Source: Vicugna vicugna (taxonomy: Eukaryota). From it: a stretch of DNA of 64,000 nt. Shown here piece by piece: positions 62,316 to 64,000 of the stretch. The translations under genes and the position numbers were made by a program. The DNA is taken from the NCBI GenBank assembly GCA_013265495.1, contig MU058824.1:5674976-5738975 (forward strand). Reading direction: 5' to 3'. A model generated the notes under the pieces. It made no database searches, was not told the DNA's origin, and worked only from the letters and a program-made list of their open reading frames with translations. How positions within the stretch are numbered: position 1 is the stretch's first letter; each line of letters starts with the position of its first letter.

Positions 62316-64000
62316 TAGCCTTTCATTAGTACATCCTGAGTGGCTGTAAATTAAGAGGATGGATCATGTTATCAAGTGGAATTCCCCTAGCAAAGCCTCA
62401 GATGATCACAATTTTCAAATATGTGGTTTCATTCATGTATTAATTTAATGCTCTCATGAAAATCGTGACATATTATGATACTGTAATTTGTCCAAAATGA
62501 TATGTTAACTTTTAAAAATAACTGAACATTGTTTATGCCTTCATTTAGTTTAATTGTTACATATTTATTTAGTTCAAAATTGGGCTCCAGATCCAATATT
62601 GTATAGTTTTTCCCTTTGAGCAAGCATCTAATGAGACAAAGAAAAAGATTTTTGAAAGTTTAGCCATTTCAGCATAAGATCAGTTACCTGGAAAAGAACA
62701 ATTGTATGTGCGTGTTCAAATTGGCACATTCCATTTTGTCAAATGATTGGTTTCCACTGTGTATCCATCATTACAGTATTTATTGGTGGAAAACAGCTAG
62801 GTGATTGAAATCGCAGGTCTTGAAGAATGTGCAAAGCAAACAAGCAAACAAACCTAAATACACGGTGTTCTGTTAAGTGAAAAATTTCATAACCTATTAA
62901 GAGTGCTGCTTTTTAGTTTTGTAAGAAGCTGACTTTGCCACTTGGGACACACACAGCTTCTACCTAACGTGGTCCCCCAATTGTGTCCAGATCTTTGTAG
63001 CAAAACCTGGGTACTTGGTAATACAATTGTCTCCATGTGGATGAAGATATCATCTGGCAAGAGGTGGAGTTTGGGGAAGTAACTTGTAGAAATTAACTCT
63101 TAATTTTCGTCAGATAGACTCTCCTACTCAGTGCAATAGGAGATCAGTGGCTTTAAGGGGTCCCAAGACTGGACCAGACTGTATCTCCCTGACTCTGAAA
63201 GCCTGTCCTGTTTTAATGTCTGTTCCTGGAATCTTCAGGCAGATTTAAGTCTTTAGAGTTGGGGTTATCAAATGATTTTCCACGTAAGCATTGATAAACC
63301 GGGCACCAGTTGCTCTCCACCTGATGGAATATGTCCGCGGCAGTTTTGTGTGTCCTCTGGGAATTATGTCTCTCCCAAGGAAAAGATTCTTAGGTAATGT
63401 TATCTGTGAAAACTTCATAGAGGCTTTTGAGTCAGAGTTTTTACCATAGCACTAATTTAATCTATTTACATTTTATACCCTAGTCACTTCTAAAAAATAC
63501 CTGAGACTCTCATGCCAGCAAAAATCTTATTTTACACAAAGGAAAAAAAAATTAAAATTCTACCAACATTTTAAAAATGCCCTTGATTCAGTTTTCATCG
63601 CACCTTACCCTGAAGGCAGAGCTGTAAAACATACACTTAGAAAACATTAGGATTTTCTGACGTGGGGGACAGGCTTGCTTATCATGATGCCCAGCCATTG
63701 GAGAGTCCAGAGGATCCAAACTGGTTCAAATGAAGTTCAAACTTTAAAAATAAAGAAATAAAGATAGACCCAACATCTGCTTTTCTTCATCCTTTCCTTC
63801 CCCCAGTTCTTTTGTTTCACAGCCTAATCGTGGTTTGAAAAAATAAATACTTGCAGGCTCGATCTTATCTACAGTAATAGCTGATCTTGAAATAATAGTG
63901 AATTTCTGGAGGCTGTGTTCTCCTCTGTTGAGGAGACCTCTTGGCTTCTGAAAAGAGCCAAGGGTAGGTAGGTGTAGTTTGACCTGTTGGGGACACTGGG

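Noticed and set aside
1..64000. CRISPR array, tRNA/rRNA genes, CpG island, prokaryotic systems
   Set aside because: No repeat-spacer structure, no recognisable structured RNA gene, CpG depleted throughout; the sequence is mammalian.

Overview
AT-rich, repeat-dense mammalian genomic DNA with one 240-N assembly gap (9571-9810). It is probably camelid: the young L1 tails look camelid and I see no Alu or ruminant/pig SINEs (inference). I found no intact protein-coding gene, RNA gene or CRISPR array. Roughly half the window is recognisable eutherian repeats: L1, L2, CR1/L3, MIR, MaLR/ERVL LTRs, hAT and Tigger MITEs, including four L1 insertions with readable target-site duplications. The main find lies in the unique DNA between the repeats. 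About 15 minus-strand exon-like segments from ~48.6 kb down to ~11.1 kb carry AG/GT splice signals, some phase-compatible junctions and scattered stops/frameshifts. In order they read like a decayed multi-domain membrane/extracellular protein: hydrophobic anchor, BRICHOS- or C-type-lectin-like segment, sushi/CCP, Cys repeat, VWD-like domain, furin site, Cys-rich region. I interpret this as a candidate unprocessed (possibly unitary) pseudogene. All repeat-family and domain names come from motif recognition by eye and need RepeatMasker/HMM confirmation; repeat boundaries are approximate unless a TSD is given.
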